Part shown: piece after piece, positions 10,661 to 19,443 of the stretch
How the letters are laid out: each line of letters starts with the position of its first letter
Position numbering within the stretch: the stretch's first letter is position 1
NCBI GenBank assembly: GCA_964535385.1
Contig: CAZHSY010000001.1
Coordinates: forward strand, 29,007 to 93,006
DNA length: 64,000 nucleotides
DNA from: an uncultured Candidatus Saccharibacteria bacterium
GTDB taxonomy: Bacteria; Patescibacteriota; Saccharimonadia; CAILAD01; GCA-016700035
Direction: 5' to 3'
Translations under genes and position numbers: made by a program
Notes under the pieces: model-generated
What the model was told of the DNA's origin: nothing
Seen by the model: the letters and a program-made list of their open reading frames with translations, nothing else
Databases searched by the model: none

Positions 10661-11617
10661 CTATATCCCTGATAAATAATACTGCTCGATAGGTGCAAAA
10701 TCGTCAGTTAAAACCAAGCTACGCTGTGGCCGATAATCTTGCAACCACTTAGCCTCCGGAAAGGCCTTTAAGGCGGCAGGCAGGCGAGCTACTAAATCAG
10801 TATCACTCGCTAAGACAAGTACATTTTGAGCTTGTTCGTCTGGCAGAGGCCCATACACTTTGACTAAAGCTACTGAGTTAAATTGCTCACGGTAGACCGA
10901 GTAAATCGGCTCCACCACCGCCCGCTGAAAAATCGTGTCACGATCTGCTAAATTACCAGACTGCAAACCGCTTTGCGCCAGTAACCAGTACTAGACAAAT
11001 CCACAGCGCCAGGTCTAACAGGCACCAAAATAGTTGACGAGCACAGCGGTAGCTCAGGCCCACCAACACCACTCCGCCTAATTAAGTCCCGAGCAAGCTG
11101 CCAATTGTCGAAACAGCCGTAAGTCACCCAAGCATCCGACCGGTCTGATTCGCTGGAACAGGCTGCAGAGCCAGACGGAAGGCGTAGGGCGTCACCATGC
11201 CAATAATAATTGCGGCTGGTGCAAACAACATAATGACCGCCAAGAGACTACCAAACACCACGGCATGCATGAAAACCTGAATAATATGGCTGCAATGTTC
11301 TGACCCAAGAGACCAGTCAGCAACACCAAAACCGTCGCCGCAAATAAGATTCAAGCCAATACTTCACGGTTACTTACGCAATCAGCCAGACGACCACCTA
11401 GCCAATAGCCGATACTCAAGGACGCTAAAATATTAGACCAAACCAAGACCGAGCCACCAAAATATGGCGCCATCAGCCGTGAAGCCAATAGCTCAAGCTG
11501 CATCACAACCGTACCGCTACCAAATATTACTACTACCAGTACCGGTCTGCCAGAGGGCGCGCGTCCCTGCTTCCCCATCCGAACCCCCCCTTTTTTCATT
11601 CGACTATTGTACCGCAC
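10661..11617 (-). pseudogene. decayed spermidine-synthase-like membrane protein gene (three fragments in different frames, catalytic core missing)
   Basis: ORFs 11351..11617 and 11124..11354 encode the N-terminal TM region typical of fused polyamine aminopropyltransferases (LELLASRLMAPYFGGSVLVWSNILASLSIGYWLGG, ...GMVTPYAFRLAL). ORF 10661..10966 encodes a C-terminal piece (...LVLTDDFAPIE). The reading frames shift between fragments and the methyltransferase-fold middle is absent. Confidence 0.5.
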
Positions 11618-11661
11618 GAGAGGAGCTGTTGAGTTTTACAATAATGATAGGATGGTAGGTA

Positions 11662-12444
11662 ATGGGTCACGCAAACTTCTTTCTCAAAGCTCACGCTCGC
11701 CCGCTGCTGATCGCGCACCGGGGCGCCAACGACCAGGCTCCAGAAAACACGCTCTCGGCTTTTCGCGTGGCTGCCGAAAGCAAAGCCGACGCCTGTGAGC
11801 TCGACGTCCATCTCACCAAGGACGGACAAGTGGTAGTGTTTCACGATGCTACCCTCAGTCGTATGACCAATGGAGCTGGTCGTATCAGCGACTACCCCTG
11901 GCAACAGCTTAAGCATCTCAAAATCACCAACGGCAGTCATTGGGAACATTACGACGAGCACATACCGCTACTCTACGATGTATTAACTGACTTGGGTCAC
12001 AAATTGGCTTTTCAGATTGAATTAAAATCGTTCTACAGTCTACGAGGCAAGCACAAGCGCCAGCAGCTTGTCGAGGCCGTATTAAAGATACTGCACACCC
12101 TCAATCTCGAATCGCGAGTTGTAATCAAAAGCTTTGATCCGCTGGCTTTAAACGCCGTTAAGACCTACGCACCGCACGTCACGTGCAGCTACCTTCTTTT
12201 GCCGTACGCTCACGGTCTCGGTCAGATCGGACCTGGACGAAAAGCTTTTGCTGACTGCGAAATCATTGAGCCATCACCAATCCGACAGCAAGCTACAATC
12301 CAACGACTTCACGCTCAAAACAAACGCGTCATCACCTGGACAGTTGATAACCCTAACCAAGCCCATAGGCTACAAGACTGGAGGGTTGATGGTATCGTAA
12401 CCAATAAGATTGAAACACTCCGCTCCGCGCTCCAAAAAAAATAG
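11662..12444 (+). CDS. glycerophosphodiester phosphodiesterase
   Basis: 260 aa. GDPD motifs HRGANDQAPENTLSAF, ELDVHLTKDGQVVVFHD. Confidence 0.85.
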   Translation: MGHANFFLKAHARPLLIAHRGANDQAPENTLSAFRVAAESKADACELDVHLTKDGQVVVFHDATLSRMTNGAGRISDYPWQQLKHLKITNGSHWEHYDEHIPLLYDVLTDLGHKLAFQIELKSFYSLRGKHKRQQLVEAVLKILHTLNLESRVVIKSFDPLALNAVKTYAPHVTCSYLLLPYAHGLGQIGPGRKAFADCEIIEPSPIRQQATIQRLHAQNKRVITWTVDNPNQAHRLQDWRVDGIVTNKIETLRSALQKK

Positions 12445-12446
12445 CT

Positions 12447-12478
12447 CTGAAAACGGTGACGTTTTCAGAGCCTAGCAA
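12447..12478. terminator. bidirectional hairpin terminator
   Basis: GCTCTGAAAACG-gtga-CGTTTTCAGAGC with an A-run upstream, placed between two convergent genes. Confidence 0.55.
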
Positions 12479-12496
12479 TCGATACCTCGATTGTTG

Positions 12497-12829
12497 TCAG
12501 ACGAAAGAGCTACCAGCCGGTACGAGGCCTCGCTGGAGGGCGATGCCATGCAGTAGTTCACGATTCGTTCCCGAGGACAACTCGCTATACTGTTCGGGCT
12601 GCATATAGACTTCGCCATCGAAGGCATCTCGAAGACAGATCTGGTCGCCCAGGCTAATGGGTCGACGGTACAGCACATCGACGGGATCAAAGGCAGCTGT
12701 GTTACCGTAGTCATCCCTGATGATGACACAGCAGTCATTGCCGGCCGACTCATCATGATAGACCTCTGGGCAGCAGTCTGCCTCGTGGCACAGTGTCATC
12801 AGGTGACGGAGATGGGATTCCTGGGGCAT
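12497..12829 (-). CDS. Cys-rich hypothetical protein
   Basis: 110 aa with several Cys and His residues (possible metal-binding). Confidence 0.4.
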   Translation of the reverse strand: MPQESHLRHLMTLCHEADCCPEVYHDESAGNDCCVIIRDDYGNTAAFDPVDVLYRRPISLGDQICLRDAFDGEVYMQPEQYSELSSGTNRELLHGIALQRGLVPAGSSFV

Positions 12830-12919
12830 ATCAACTCAACTTTCTCTGGTACAGGTGCGGATTGGAAGATTTTACCTGATGCTGCTAGGACGGTCAAGGC
12901 AGTGGGCAGCTTCTAGTAC

Positions 12920-12948
12920 TTGAAAAAAGGCTATGTTTATGCTAGAAT
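12920..12948 (+). promoter_or_regulatory. sigma70-like promoter for the 12980 gene
   Basis: TTGAAA, a 17 nt spacer, then TAGAAT. Confidence 0.5.
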
Positions 12949-12979
12949 AGATAGCGTCGTAATCTGAAAAACGACAGTT

Positions 12980-13561
12980 ATGAACCACACAACTCGCCTA
13001 AAACAAAATCTTTCTACTGCACTGTTCGCAGTCGCCACGGCTTCTTTTGTCTCGGCGTTTGCGATCAGTGCACTTTTATTCCCAGCCAGCAGTGTTCGTA
13101 CAGCTGAAGCCCAGAGCGAGCTCGATCTCGCTAGCGCACAAATGATTTGCGCCCAAGCTACTCCAAGTACACCCGCCTACGGTACCTGCAAGGACATGAC
13201 TGATGCCATCGCCACCGCCCGAGCCCCTCGTGACTTGCGCAGTGACCTCAATCCGCCTTACAAGCAACTTAATGACTGTCGCGAGGCGGTTGATTATATA
13301 TTCAACGACCGCGTCGACTATACCCGAGCCATCCGAGTCGTCTACAGAGAGTCAACCTACAACCCCAATGCCCGCCGACCGGGTAGCCAGTATGCTGGCT
13401 GTGCTCAGCTCTCCAGCACACTTCAACGCCTCTTCTTAAAAGGTCCTTGGAATGACCCATATTATAACGTCCTCGCTCTACGTGATGCCGTTGATAACCC
13501 AGCCTGGGGCTGGTGCCACTGGGACATCGTAAACTACTGTAAACCAGGTGGTGAGTTCTAA
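12980..13561 (+). CDS. secreted hypothetical protein
   Basis: 193 aa. N-terminal signal peptide (LFAVATASFVSAFAISALL); the rest is Cys-containing. Confidence 0.5.
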   Translation: MNHTTRLKQNLSTALFAVATASFVSAFAISALLFPASSVRTAEAQSELDLASAQMICAQATPSTPAYGTCKDMTDAIATARAPRDLRSDLNPPYKQLNDCREAVDYIFNDRVDYTRAIRVVYRESTYNPNARRPGSQYAGCAQLSSTLQRLFLKGPWNDPYYNVLALRDAVDNPAWGWCHWDIVNYCKPGGEF

Positions 13562-13861
13562 AAATGCCCTCCCCTCCCCCACACTGACCCATAACCCGAG
13601 CCTTTGTTGTATCTTGTTTCCACTTAAGTACCGAGTTCTTTCCAGTGATATTGCCGCTGCGGCGGAATCCCGTCACAGCGGTGACTGGTCGAGGAATACC
13701 CCACGTAAAATTTCTCCGTTCGCCAGTATGCCGACCAGAAATAAACCGCGTTAGTAGCTTGACCAGTTTGTAGGTTTGTGGTACTCTAAATAGGTTCACT
13801 AACCCAGTCTGAAAGTCTCAGGGAGTACAGATATTTAAAGTACGCCAACCTGAGAAGTTGA

Positions 13862-13877
13862 GACCTTAGGCTTAGTC
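13862..13877. repeat. recurring motif GACCTTAGGCTTAGTC (15/18 match to GGACCTAAGGCTTAGTCC at 37565 and 39796)
   Basis: Lies about 100 nt upstream of the Rpf-like lipoprotein ATG. The two other copies lie inside the duplicated leaders of the membrane-protein genes. Confidence 0.4.
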
Positions 13878-13975
13878 ACGCTGCAGAAGACCATCGAAGC
13901 GTGGTAAGGATAGCCTACAACGTAGTGAACCCCATTCCGGGCCCCCTGCCCCGTACCTTGGAGTTGATCCAAATC

Positions 13976-14386
13976 ATGAAGAAAGTCCTGCCCAACAAGC
14001 GACGAGGTGTTGTCGCGGGTGTTGTCGTGCTCCTGGCCACTGGCCTCTTGAGCGCCTGCCAACCTCACGAGATCGCCGCCTGGAAAGCTATGGCCTCTCA
14101 TCGTCAGAGCATTCAGAACCACTCCTTCTTGGCGTGCGTTCGACACCACGAGTCAGATCGCGATGGACCCTCTCCCTACATCGGTGGCTACCAAGCCCAG
14201 AACCCGCGAAGCTCAGCTTCTGGTGCCTACCAGTTCCTGGATTCCACCTGGCGCAACGTGTCGCGTGATGCTGGCCATCCTGGCTACACCCGCGCCAAGC
14301 ACGCACCCGACTGGGTGCAGGACGCCGTAGCGCTCTGGACTCTCCAGAATGTCGGCAAGTCCCCCTGGGCTGGTACCGGCTGCTAG
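13976..14386 (+). CDS. Rpf-like transglycosylase-domain lipoprotein
   Basis: Start at MKKVLPNKRRGVVAGVVVLLATGLLSAC (lipobox). The C-terminus (C..HHESDRDG..YIGGYQAQ..GAYQFLDSTW..WVQDAVALWTLQNVGKSPWAGTGC) matches the transglycosylase-like/Rpf domain pattern. About 60% GC, against a roughly 48% background. Confidence 0.55.
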   Translation: MKKVLPNKRRGVVAGVVVLLATGLLSACQPHEIAAWKAMASHRQSIQNHSFLACVRHHESDRDGPSPYIGGYQAQNPRSSASGAYQFLDSTWRNVSRDAGHPGYTRAKHAPDWVQDAVALWTLQNVGKSPWAGTGC

Positions 14387-14419
14387 GACAATCAAGATCT
14401 CCTGGAGGGAGATACACTA

Positions 14420-14470
14420 GACCCCGAGGTGCGAAAGCATCTCGGGGTCTAAACTTTTTACTAAGATAAC
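14420..14470 (+). terminator. rho-independent terminator
   Basis: GACCCCGAG-gtgcgaaagcat-CTCGGGGTC followed by AAACTTTTTAC. Confidence 0.65.
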
Positions 14471-14508
14471 CGCAAACATCATTAAAAACCTTTTGTTATA
14501 GTTAGTGT

Positions 14509-15858
14509 ATGTCTTCAAATCGCCCATGGTCAGAATATCTATCCTCCGAGGCTCGTGATGACCAGAGTGACACTCTTGAACCCGAACTCGATGGTGAGCG
14601 CTATACTCGCTTAGCCCGAACAGTTGATACTTTGCGTGAAAATCCGATGCTTGCAAATATGGATCGTCAGTTAGCCCTTAAACTAGCTCGCATCATGTCG
14701 ATCTATACTGACACTCAGGCGGCCTGGGAACGTTATCAGACTCTCCAACCGTCTGTCCAAGATCAAGTCTTACCACTTAAGGGCTTAGATTTTGCAACTT
14801 TTGCTCATCTTCATAATGATATCCAAAACCTGGACTTAAGCGATATTGACCCATCTGATCGGCAAACGACGATTGGTAATATCGACAATAATCAAATCAA
14901 TCACTTAGAGACGGAACGCAGCCTAGAAACTATTCGTGACGACGGCCTCCATATCGAACTCGAGCCTGCACTCATTGATGATTTACGACAATTTGCCACC
15001 GAGACACCGCGCGAAGACTACCGGCGACGCCTCCCTTTAACTGAACTTTTCAAGAATGACAAGCGAGCTACCATCAATGGTTTAGCGAACTCTAAACTTT
15101 CACTCATAGCCCACGATGCCTTCGATCACATGTGGGGCTTCAATTTTGCGGAACAAACTGGCCTAAGTAACAAATATGCGGCTTTCTTCCAACAAATTGG
15201 CGATCCGGCCAAGACTGATATGTACAACCGACAATCAGAACTAGTGGCCACTACGCTCTTCGGCTATCGCCTCTTTAAAGATACGAATAATTCGTTCGAA
15301 CCAACCTTTGATATTGAAAAAGTTCACCGCGTCCTCAGCGCACAACAACTTCACCATCCCGAAGATTTTACTGTAAATCAAGCTGATGCTCTGGAGCTTA
15401 TCAACACCACCACTAACCCGCATGAGATTAGCTTGATTGGCTATAGTGTGAGTAATATCCATGATGAGATCGTCGAACAGCGGCGTAAACATGGCCGAAT
15501 TAAACTACTCGACGAACAAACCGGGGCTCCAGAGCGTGCAATGCGTACCCTCGAGCCTGAATACGTGGCTTTTGTTGTCGAAATGTTACATCAACTCTTC
15601 CAAAACGATCCACGCCTCCAACATGATCTGCTTGCTACTCAGGTTCTAACTGAACGCTATCTACACGAGATATCAGTCTCACCGCCTGGAAGCAGCGTCC
15701 CATCGCTAAAGCTTACACTCCAAGATATTCGTGATTGCGATCCATACGCTCCAGAACTACGCGAGGCTGGTCAAACCGATTGGTTTGTAGAGAACCCCGG
15801 TGCTCTCGCCAACAAGTATCGACCTCACGGCAGACCCGGTAACTTCTCCCCAGCTTAA
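14509..15858 (+). CDS. hypothetical protein
   Basis: 449 aa ORF. No motif recognised. Confidence 0.5.
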   Translation: MSSNRPWSEYLSSEARDDQSDTLEPELDGERYTRLARTVDTLRENPMLANMDRQLALKLARIMSIYTDTQAAWERYQTLQPSVQDQVLPLKGLDFATFAHLHNDIQNLDLSDIDPSDRQTTIGNIDNNQINHLETERSLETIRDDGLHIELEPALIDDLRQFATETPREDYRRRLPLTELFKNDKRATINGLANSKLSLIAHDAFDHMWGFNFAEQTGLSNKYAAFFQQIGDPAKTDMYNRQSELVATTLFGYRLFKDTNNSFEPTFDIEKVHRVLSAQQLHHPEDFTVNQADALELINTTTNPHEISLIGYSVSNIHDEIVEQRRKHGRIKLLDEQTGAPERAMRTLEPEYVAFVVEMLHQLFQNDPRLQHDLLATQVLTERYLHEISVSPPGSSVPSLKLTLQDIRDCDPYAPELREAGQTDWFVENPGALANKYRPHGRPGNFSPA

Positions 15859-16628
15859 TGCTTCTGCGCATCCTTCATGAGCGTATGAGCCGCAATCTTT
15901 GCTATGCCATGTAATTGCCGAAAAGCCGCCGCTATTTGAGGTGATTCTATAAGCACTCCAATCGTCTCTTCAGCATACGAAATGATTGCTGTCTTATCAC
16001 CATAAGTGTAAATATTGACTGGCTCGTTATAGGCCTCGCGTGGCAACCAAGCCATGTCCCGTCCTAAACGTTCGTCATTCTTTTTTGCATACCGCATCAC
16101 ATCTTCTTCAGCTGGTTCGATGCCATGGACTCCTAGGCCAAGCTCGTGACGTTTTTCAATGAATTTATAGAGCTGCTCACCAAGCAGGTTATTATCACCA
16201 TCTGACCGAATGAAATAGACATCCTTGGCAGTCCGGAGCTGATCGCGATACATGTCTAAAATCCCTTCTTTACCCTCAAAGTAGCGTACCCCTGGTCTGT
16301 TTTGATAGGTGTAGAAATAATTCAAGAGCGCCGGCATGCTGGCCTTCACCTGTTGCTCAGCCTGATGCACTTCCTTGCGGCGTTTCTCCATAAGCCTCTC
16401 GAGAGCGATTGGATTCTCCACCTCATAGGCTAATTTCTTGCCAATTTTATTGCGCTTCACCAGATTCAGCTCCTCGAGTCGCTCGAGGACGGTGTAAGCA
16501 TTGGTACGAGTTTCACCCGTGCGATCAGCTAGGGCTGGTGGGGTCATCTGTCCACCTTTAATCAGCTCCAAGTAAAGCCTCGCCTGTGATGATGTTAATC
16601 CAAGCTGTAATAACGTATTTTCATTCAT
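15855..16628 (-). CDS. TrmB-family HTH transcriptional regulator
   Basis: 257 aa. N-terminal winged helix (LGLTSSQARLYLELIKGGQMTPPALADRTGETRTNAYTVLERLEELNLV) typical of TrmB-like regulators. Confidence 0.6.
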   Translation of the reverse strand: MNENTLLQLGLTSSQARLYLELIKGGQMTPPALADRTGETRTNAYTVLERLEELNLVKRNKIGKKLAYEVENPIALERLMEKRRKEVHQAEQQVKASMPALLNYFYTYQNRPGVRYFEGKEGILDMYRDQLRTAKDVYFIRSDGDNNLLGEQLYKFIEKRHELGLGVHGIEPAEEDVMRYAKKNDERLGRDMAWLPREAYNEPVNIYTYGDKTAIISYAEETIGVLIESPQIAAAFRQLHGIAKIAAHTLMKDAQKH

Positions 16629-16699
16629 TTTGTCGGATTCATTACGACATTTATTATATAGAGTTTACAGATATGATACAACTTTTTAACTTTTCTATA

Positions 16700-16728
16700 T
16701 TGACATTTATATAATATTCTGCCATAAT
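16700..16728 (+). promoter_or_regulatory. sigma70-like promoter of the hammerhead-punctuated operon
   Basis: TTGACA, a 17 nt spacer, then CATAAT, in an AT-rich spacer. This is followed by a GC-rich leader ending in CGACAGAAGGAG and then the ATG at 16801. Confidence 0.55.
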
Positions 16729-16800
16729 GCACAAGGTCAAGGCATAGCGCCAAAACCCGGGCAGCGACGCCCGCCCGCACCCCGACAGAAGGAGAGCACC

Positions 16801-17064
16801 ATGCCCACCGCCACATCGCCCGAAGTCATCGAGGAATGGTACGAGGAGGAGAGTAACTCCGACTTCATCATCGTCAACTACCCTCTGGACGAGAGCTCAT
16901 CAGCAAGATGGACTCTCTACAGCGAGAGCGACGATGAAGAGTTCGGCACCTGCTACACCTACATCCACGACCGCACCTACGACAACTGTCCGGAAGGATG
17001 GGAGATGTGGGGAGCAGACCCGGATGAGGGTGGCTGGGACATGCCGGACTCTTGGTATGACTGA
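16801..17064 (+). CDS. highly acidic small protein (possible DNA-mimic/anti-restriction-like)
   Basis: 87 aa, extremely rich in D/E/W/Y (EEWYEEESNSDF, SESDDEEFG, DPDEGGWDMPDSWYD). About 60% GC. Confidence 0.5.
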   Translation: MPTATSPEVIEEWYEEESNSDFIIVNYPLDESSSARWTLYSESDDEEFGTCYTYIHDRTYDNCPEGWEMWGADPDEGGWDMPDSWYD

Positions 17065-17114
17065 GAGGAACTTCTCCGCTCCGGGAGGGCGGCGCACAAG
17101 CGCCCCTCCCCACC

Positions 17115-17170
17115 CCGACTCGGCCGAATGACGGCCCTGATGAGCTCACCGCAAGGTGGACGAAAGTCAG
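17115..17170 (+). ncRNA. candidate type III hammerhead ribozyme (copy 1)
   Basis: The element reads cCGAC-UC | GGCCG-aauga-CGGCC | CUGAUGA | GCUCACC-GCAA-GGUGGAC | GAAA | GUCAG. The cleavage triplet is CUC. Stem II carries a GNRA loop. It is preceded by a small hairpin at 17091-17104. Confidence 0.6.
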
Positions 17171-17190
17171 CCGCACCCCGAAAGGAAAAA

Positions 17191-17403
17191 ATGACGGACT
17201 ACGAGGCCCAGGCAAGAGCCGCAGAACTGCGCGGACAGGCAGAAGCCGCTAGGCTGCGGGCACGAGCCCTCGAAGAACAGGCTGCGCAACTTCTCCACAG
17301 CAGTAACGCGCCAATTCAGCCAGGGCAACACAAGTGCGAATGCTCAAGATGCGAAGTACCCTGGGGAACAATCGCCGACGCCTACGCGTCGCCTCGCATC
17401 TAG
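17191..17403 (+). CDS. small coiled-coil/Cys-motif protein
   Basis: About 70 aa. Start ATG is 8 nt after GAAAGGAAAAA. Sequence: MTDYEAQARAAELRGQAEAARLRARALEEQAAQLL...HKCECSRCEVPWG. The track ORF 17128.. starts inside the ribozyme and is probably too long. Confidence 0.45.
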   Translation: MTDYEAQARAAELRGQAEAARLRARALEEQAAQLLHSSNAPIQPGQHKCECSRCEVPWGTIADAYASPRI

Positions 17404-17423
17404 GCTCTGGCCGACAAGGTTCC

Positions 17424-17501
17424 GGGGCGTCCTTCCAAAACGCCCCCTGACTCGCGGGAACAGTCCCGCCTGATGAGCCCGGTCACCCCTGCGAAAGTCA
17501 G
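17424..17501 (+). ncRNA. candidate hammerhead ribozyme (copy 2) with upstream protective hairpin
   Basis: GGGGCG-uccuuccaaaa-CGCCCC hairpin, then CUGAC-UC | GCGGG-aacagu-CCCGC | CUGAUGA | gcccggucaccccugc | GAAA | GUCAG. The core boxes and stems I and III are conserved, but stem II pairs poorly in this copy. Confidence 0.5.
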
Positions 17502-17529
17502 CCCGCACCTCGACAGAAGGAGCAAGTAC

Positions 17530-18126
17530 ATGAGCAACGTTGTGATCCCCGACGGTCGCGAGATCTACATCTCGGTCGACATCGAAGCCGACGGGCCGAT
17601 TCCCGGCGACTACTCGATGGTCTCGCTCGGCGCCAAAGTCATCGGCTACGGCGAGGAGGAGTTCTACGCCGAACTGGCTCCGGTCAGTGACAACTGGGTC
17701 CCAGAGGCTCTGGCTGTCAGCGGCTTTAGCCGCGAAAAGACGCTCACCTTCCCCGACGCAGCCACTGAAACCACCCGATTTGAGGGCTGGCTCGATGGAC
17801 TCTACGCCCAGCACACCACCCTCTACGGTGGCAAGTGGGTACTCTTCCCCAAGCTGGTCATGGTCGGCTTCAATGCCCCCTTCGACTGGAGCTTCGTGAA
17901 CTGGTACCTGCACCACTTCGCTGGCCGCAACCCGCTCGGTATCAGTGCCCTGGACATCAAAGCGATATACCTCGGCCTGACCGGTTGCAACTGGGGTGAG
18001 ACCAGCATGCGGCGACTGCCTGCCGAGCTCCGACCGAGTGATGGCTTGAGCCACAACGCCCTCGAGGATGCTCGCGATCAAGGTCGCATGTTCGAGCAGC
18101 TCATGGCGCGGCTCCAAGCTAACTAG
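17530..18126 (+). CDS. DEDDh-family 3'-5' exonuclease (DnaQ/RNase T/oligoribonuclease-like)
   Basis: Start at AAGGAGcaaguacATG. Exo I motif SVDIEADGP, Exo II-like FNAPFDWSFV, Exo III HNALEDARD (H-x4-D). About 199 aa. Confidence 0.65.
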   Translation: MSNVVIPDGREIYISVDIEADGPIPGDYSMVSLGAKVIGYGEEEFYAELAPVSDNWVPEALAVSGFSREKTLTFPDAATETTRFEGWLDGLYAQHTTLYGGKWVLFPKLVMVGFNAPFDWSFVNWYLHHFAGRNPLGISALDIKAIYLGLTGCNWGETSMRRLPAELRPSDGLSHNALEDARDQGRMFEQLMARLQAN

Positions 18127-18140
18127 GCAAACAAGGTTCC

Positions 18141-18221
18141 GGGGCGTCCTTCCAAAACGCCCCCTGACTCGGCGAGTAATGCGCTCGCCCTGATGATGAC
18201 CACCGCTAGGTCGAAAGTCAG
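18141..18221 (+). ncRNA. candidate hammerhead ribozyme (copy 3) with upstream hairpin
   Basis: GGGGCG...CGCCCC hairpin, then CUGAC-UC | GGCGAG-uaaugcg-CUCGCC | CUGAUGA | u-GACC-accgcua-GGUC | GAAA | GUCAG. Confidence 0.6.
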
Positions 18222-18249
18222 CCGCACCTCGAAAAAAAGGAGCAAACAG

Positions 18250-18849
18250 ATGAAGAAAATCGTCCTAACTGGTGGCCCTTGTGCCGGTAAGACCAGCGTC
18301 GTACAGGCAGTCCAGCAGCACTTCGGCGAGGTCGTCAGCTTCGTACCCGAGGTTGCAACTATGCTCCTCTCAAGTGGCTGGCCCTTGCCCGGTCGCGATA
18401 TCGACTGGACTCCCAACTGGCGCGACACCTTCCAGCGAGCCATTGTCACGACCCAGCGAGAGCTTGAGGATGCCTACGAGCTAACTGCCCGGCAACACGA
18501 CCAGCAACTCTTGTTGACTGATCGCGGCATCATGGACGGCGCCGCCTACCACCCGAGCAATCGGGCTTTTCTTGAAGCCACTAACACCGATCACGAGGCA
18601 GCATTGAGCCGCTACACAGCCGTTGTTCATCTCGAATCAATCGCCGTGGCCAATCCCAGTCTCTATTCGCGGGGTAACAATCCCTACCGGTATGAGGACT
18701 TGGACGAAGCCATTTCCCTGGAGGCGGCCACCCGCCGAGCCTGGCTGGATCATCCACAACACGTCGTCATTGAAGGTGATGATCTGACCCACAAGACTCA
18801 GACTGTATTACAGCTCATCCAGGAGGTACTCGACAACGATTCACTCTAA
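18250..18849 (+). CDS. P-loop NTPase, AAA_28/NadR-type nucleoside-kinase-like
   Basis: Start at AAGGAGcaaacagATG. Walker A LTGGPCAGKTS. About 199 aa with a compact kinase-like architecture. Confidence 0.6.
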   Translation: MKKIVLTGGPCAGKTSVVQAVQQHFGEVVSFVPEVATMLLSSGWPLPGRDIDWTPNWRDTFQRAIVTTQRELEDAYELTARQHDQQLLLTDRGIMDGAAYHPSNRAFLEATNTDHEAALSRYTAVVHLESIAVANPSLYSRGNNPYRYEDLDEAISLEAATRRAWLDHPQHVVIEGDDLTHKTQTVLQLIQEVLDNDSL

Positions 18850-18857
18850 AAGGTTCC

Positions 18858-18936
18858 GGGAGGTCCTTGCAAAACCTCCCCTGACTCGGCCGAATGACGG
18901 CCCTGATGAGCTCACCGCAAGGTGGACGAAAGTCAG
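18858..18936 (+). ncRNA. candidate hammerhead ribozyme (copy 4) with upstream hairpin
   Basis: GGGAGGU-ccuugcaaa-ACCUCCC hairpin, with compensatory changes relative to copies 2 and 3. Then CUGAC-UC | GGCCG-aauga-CGGCC | CUGAUGA | GCUCACC-GCAA-GGUGGAC | GAAA | GUCAG. The core is identical to copy 1. Confidence 0.65.
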
Positions 18937-18963
18937 CCGTACCTCAAAAAAAGGAGCAAGTAG

Positions 18964-19437
18964 ATGTCCGAGATCGAACGCAAGTGGCGCCTGGATGATG
19001 TACCGGGACGGCTTCTCCGCAACGTCACCCCACAATTACTCCAGCAAAGCTACCTCATCGTAGCTCCTGACGAACTCCGATTGCGTAGTGATGGTGAGCG
19101 CAACTGGCTGACAGTCAAATCTGACGGTAAGCTCACTCGAGAAGAATGGGAGGTCGAACTACCAGACTGGGCCTACCGACAGCTCGCAATATCGGCTCCA
19201 TACAGCCTCGAAAAGCGCCGCTACCCAGTGATGGTCGAGGGACGCGTCTGGGAAGTCGATATCTACTCAGGGGCTCTAGCTGACTTGATCACTGTCGAGG
19301 TCGAGGTGGCCAGTGAAGCCGAGGCCCAAACTCTAGGCCTACCAACATGCTTCGGACACAGCCAAGAGGTCACCGACGATAGTCGCTACAAGAACAAACG
19401 ATTGGCCGTCGACGGACTACCTGGCACTGACGAGTAA
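18964..19437 (+). CDS. CYTH-domain protein (triphosphate tunnel metalloenzyme; class IV adenylate cyclase/triphosphatase family)
   Basis: 157 aa. The N-terminal MSEIERKW carries the ExExK signature of CYTH domains. Later acidic motifs (EVDIY, VEVEVASE) are consistent with the tunnel fold. Confidence 0.65.
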   Translation: MSEIERKWRLDDVPGRLLRNVTPQLLQQSYLIVAPDELRLRSDGERNWLTVKSDGKLTREEWEVELPDWAYRQLAISAPYSLEKRRYPVMVEGRVWEVDIYSGALADLITVEVEVASEAEAQTLGLPTCFGHSQEVTDDSRYKNKRLAVDGLPGTDE

Positions 19438-19443
19438 GGCCAC

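Noticed and set aside
17128-17403. track ORF start at 17128 for the second operon gene
   Set aside because: ATG 17128 lies inside the stem I loop of the first hammerhead-like element. The conserved GAAAGGAAAAA-ATG at 17191 is the likely start.
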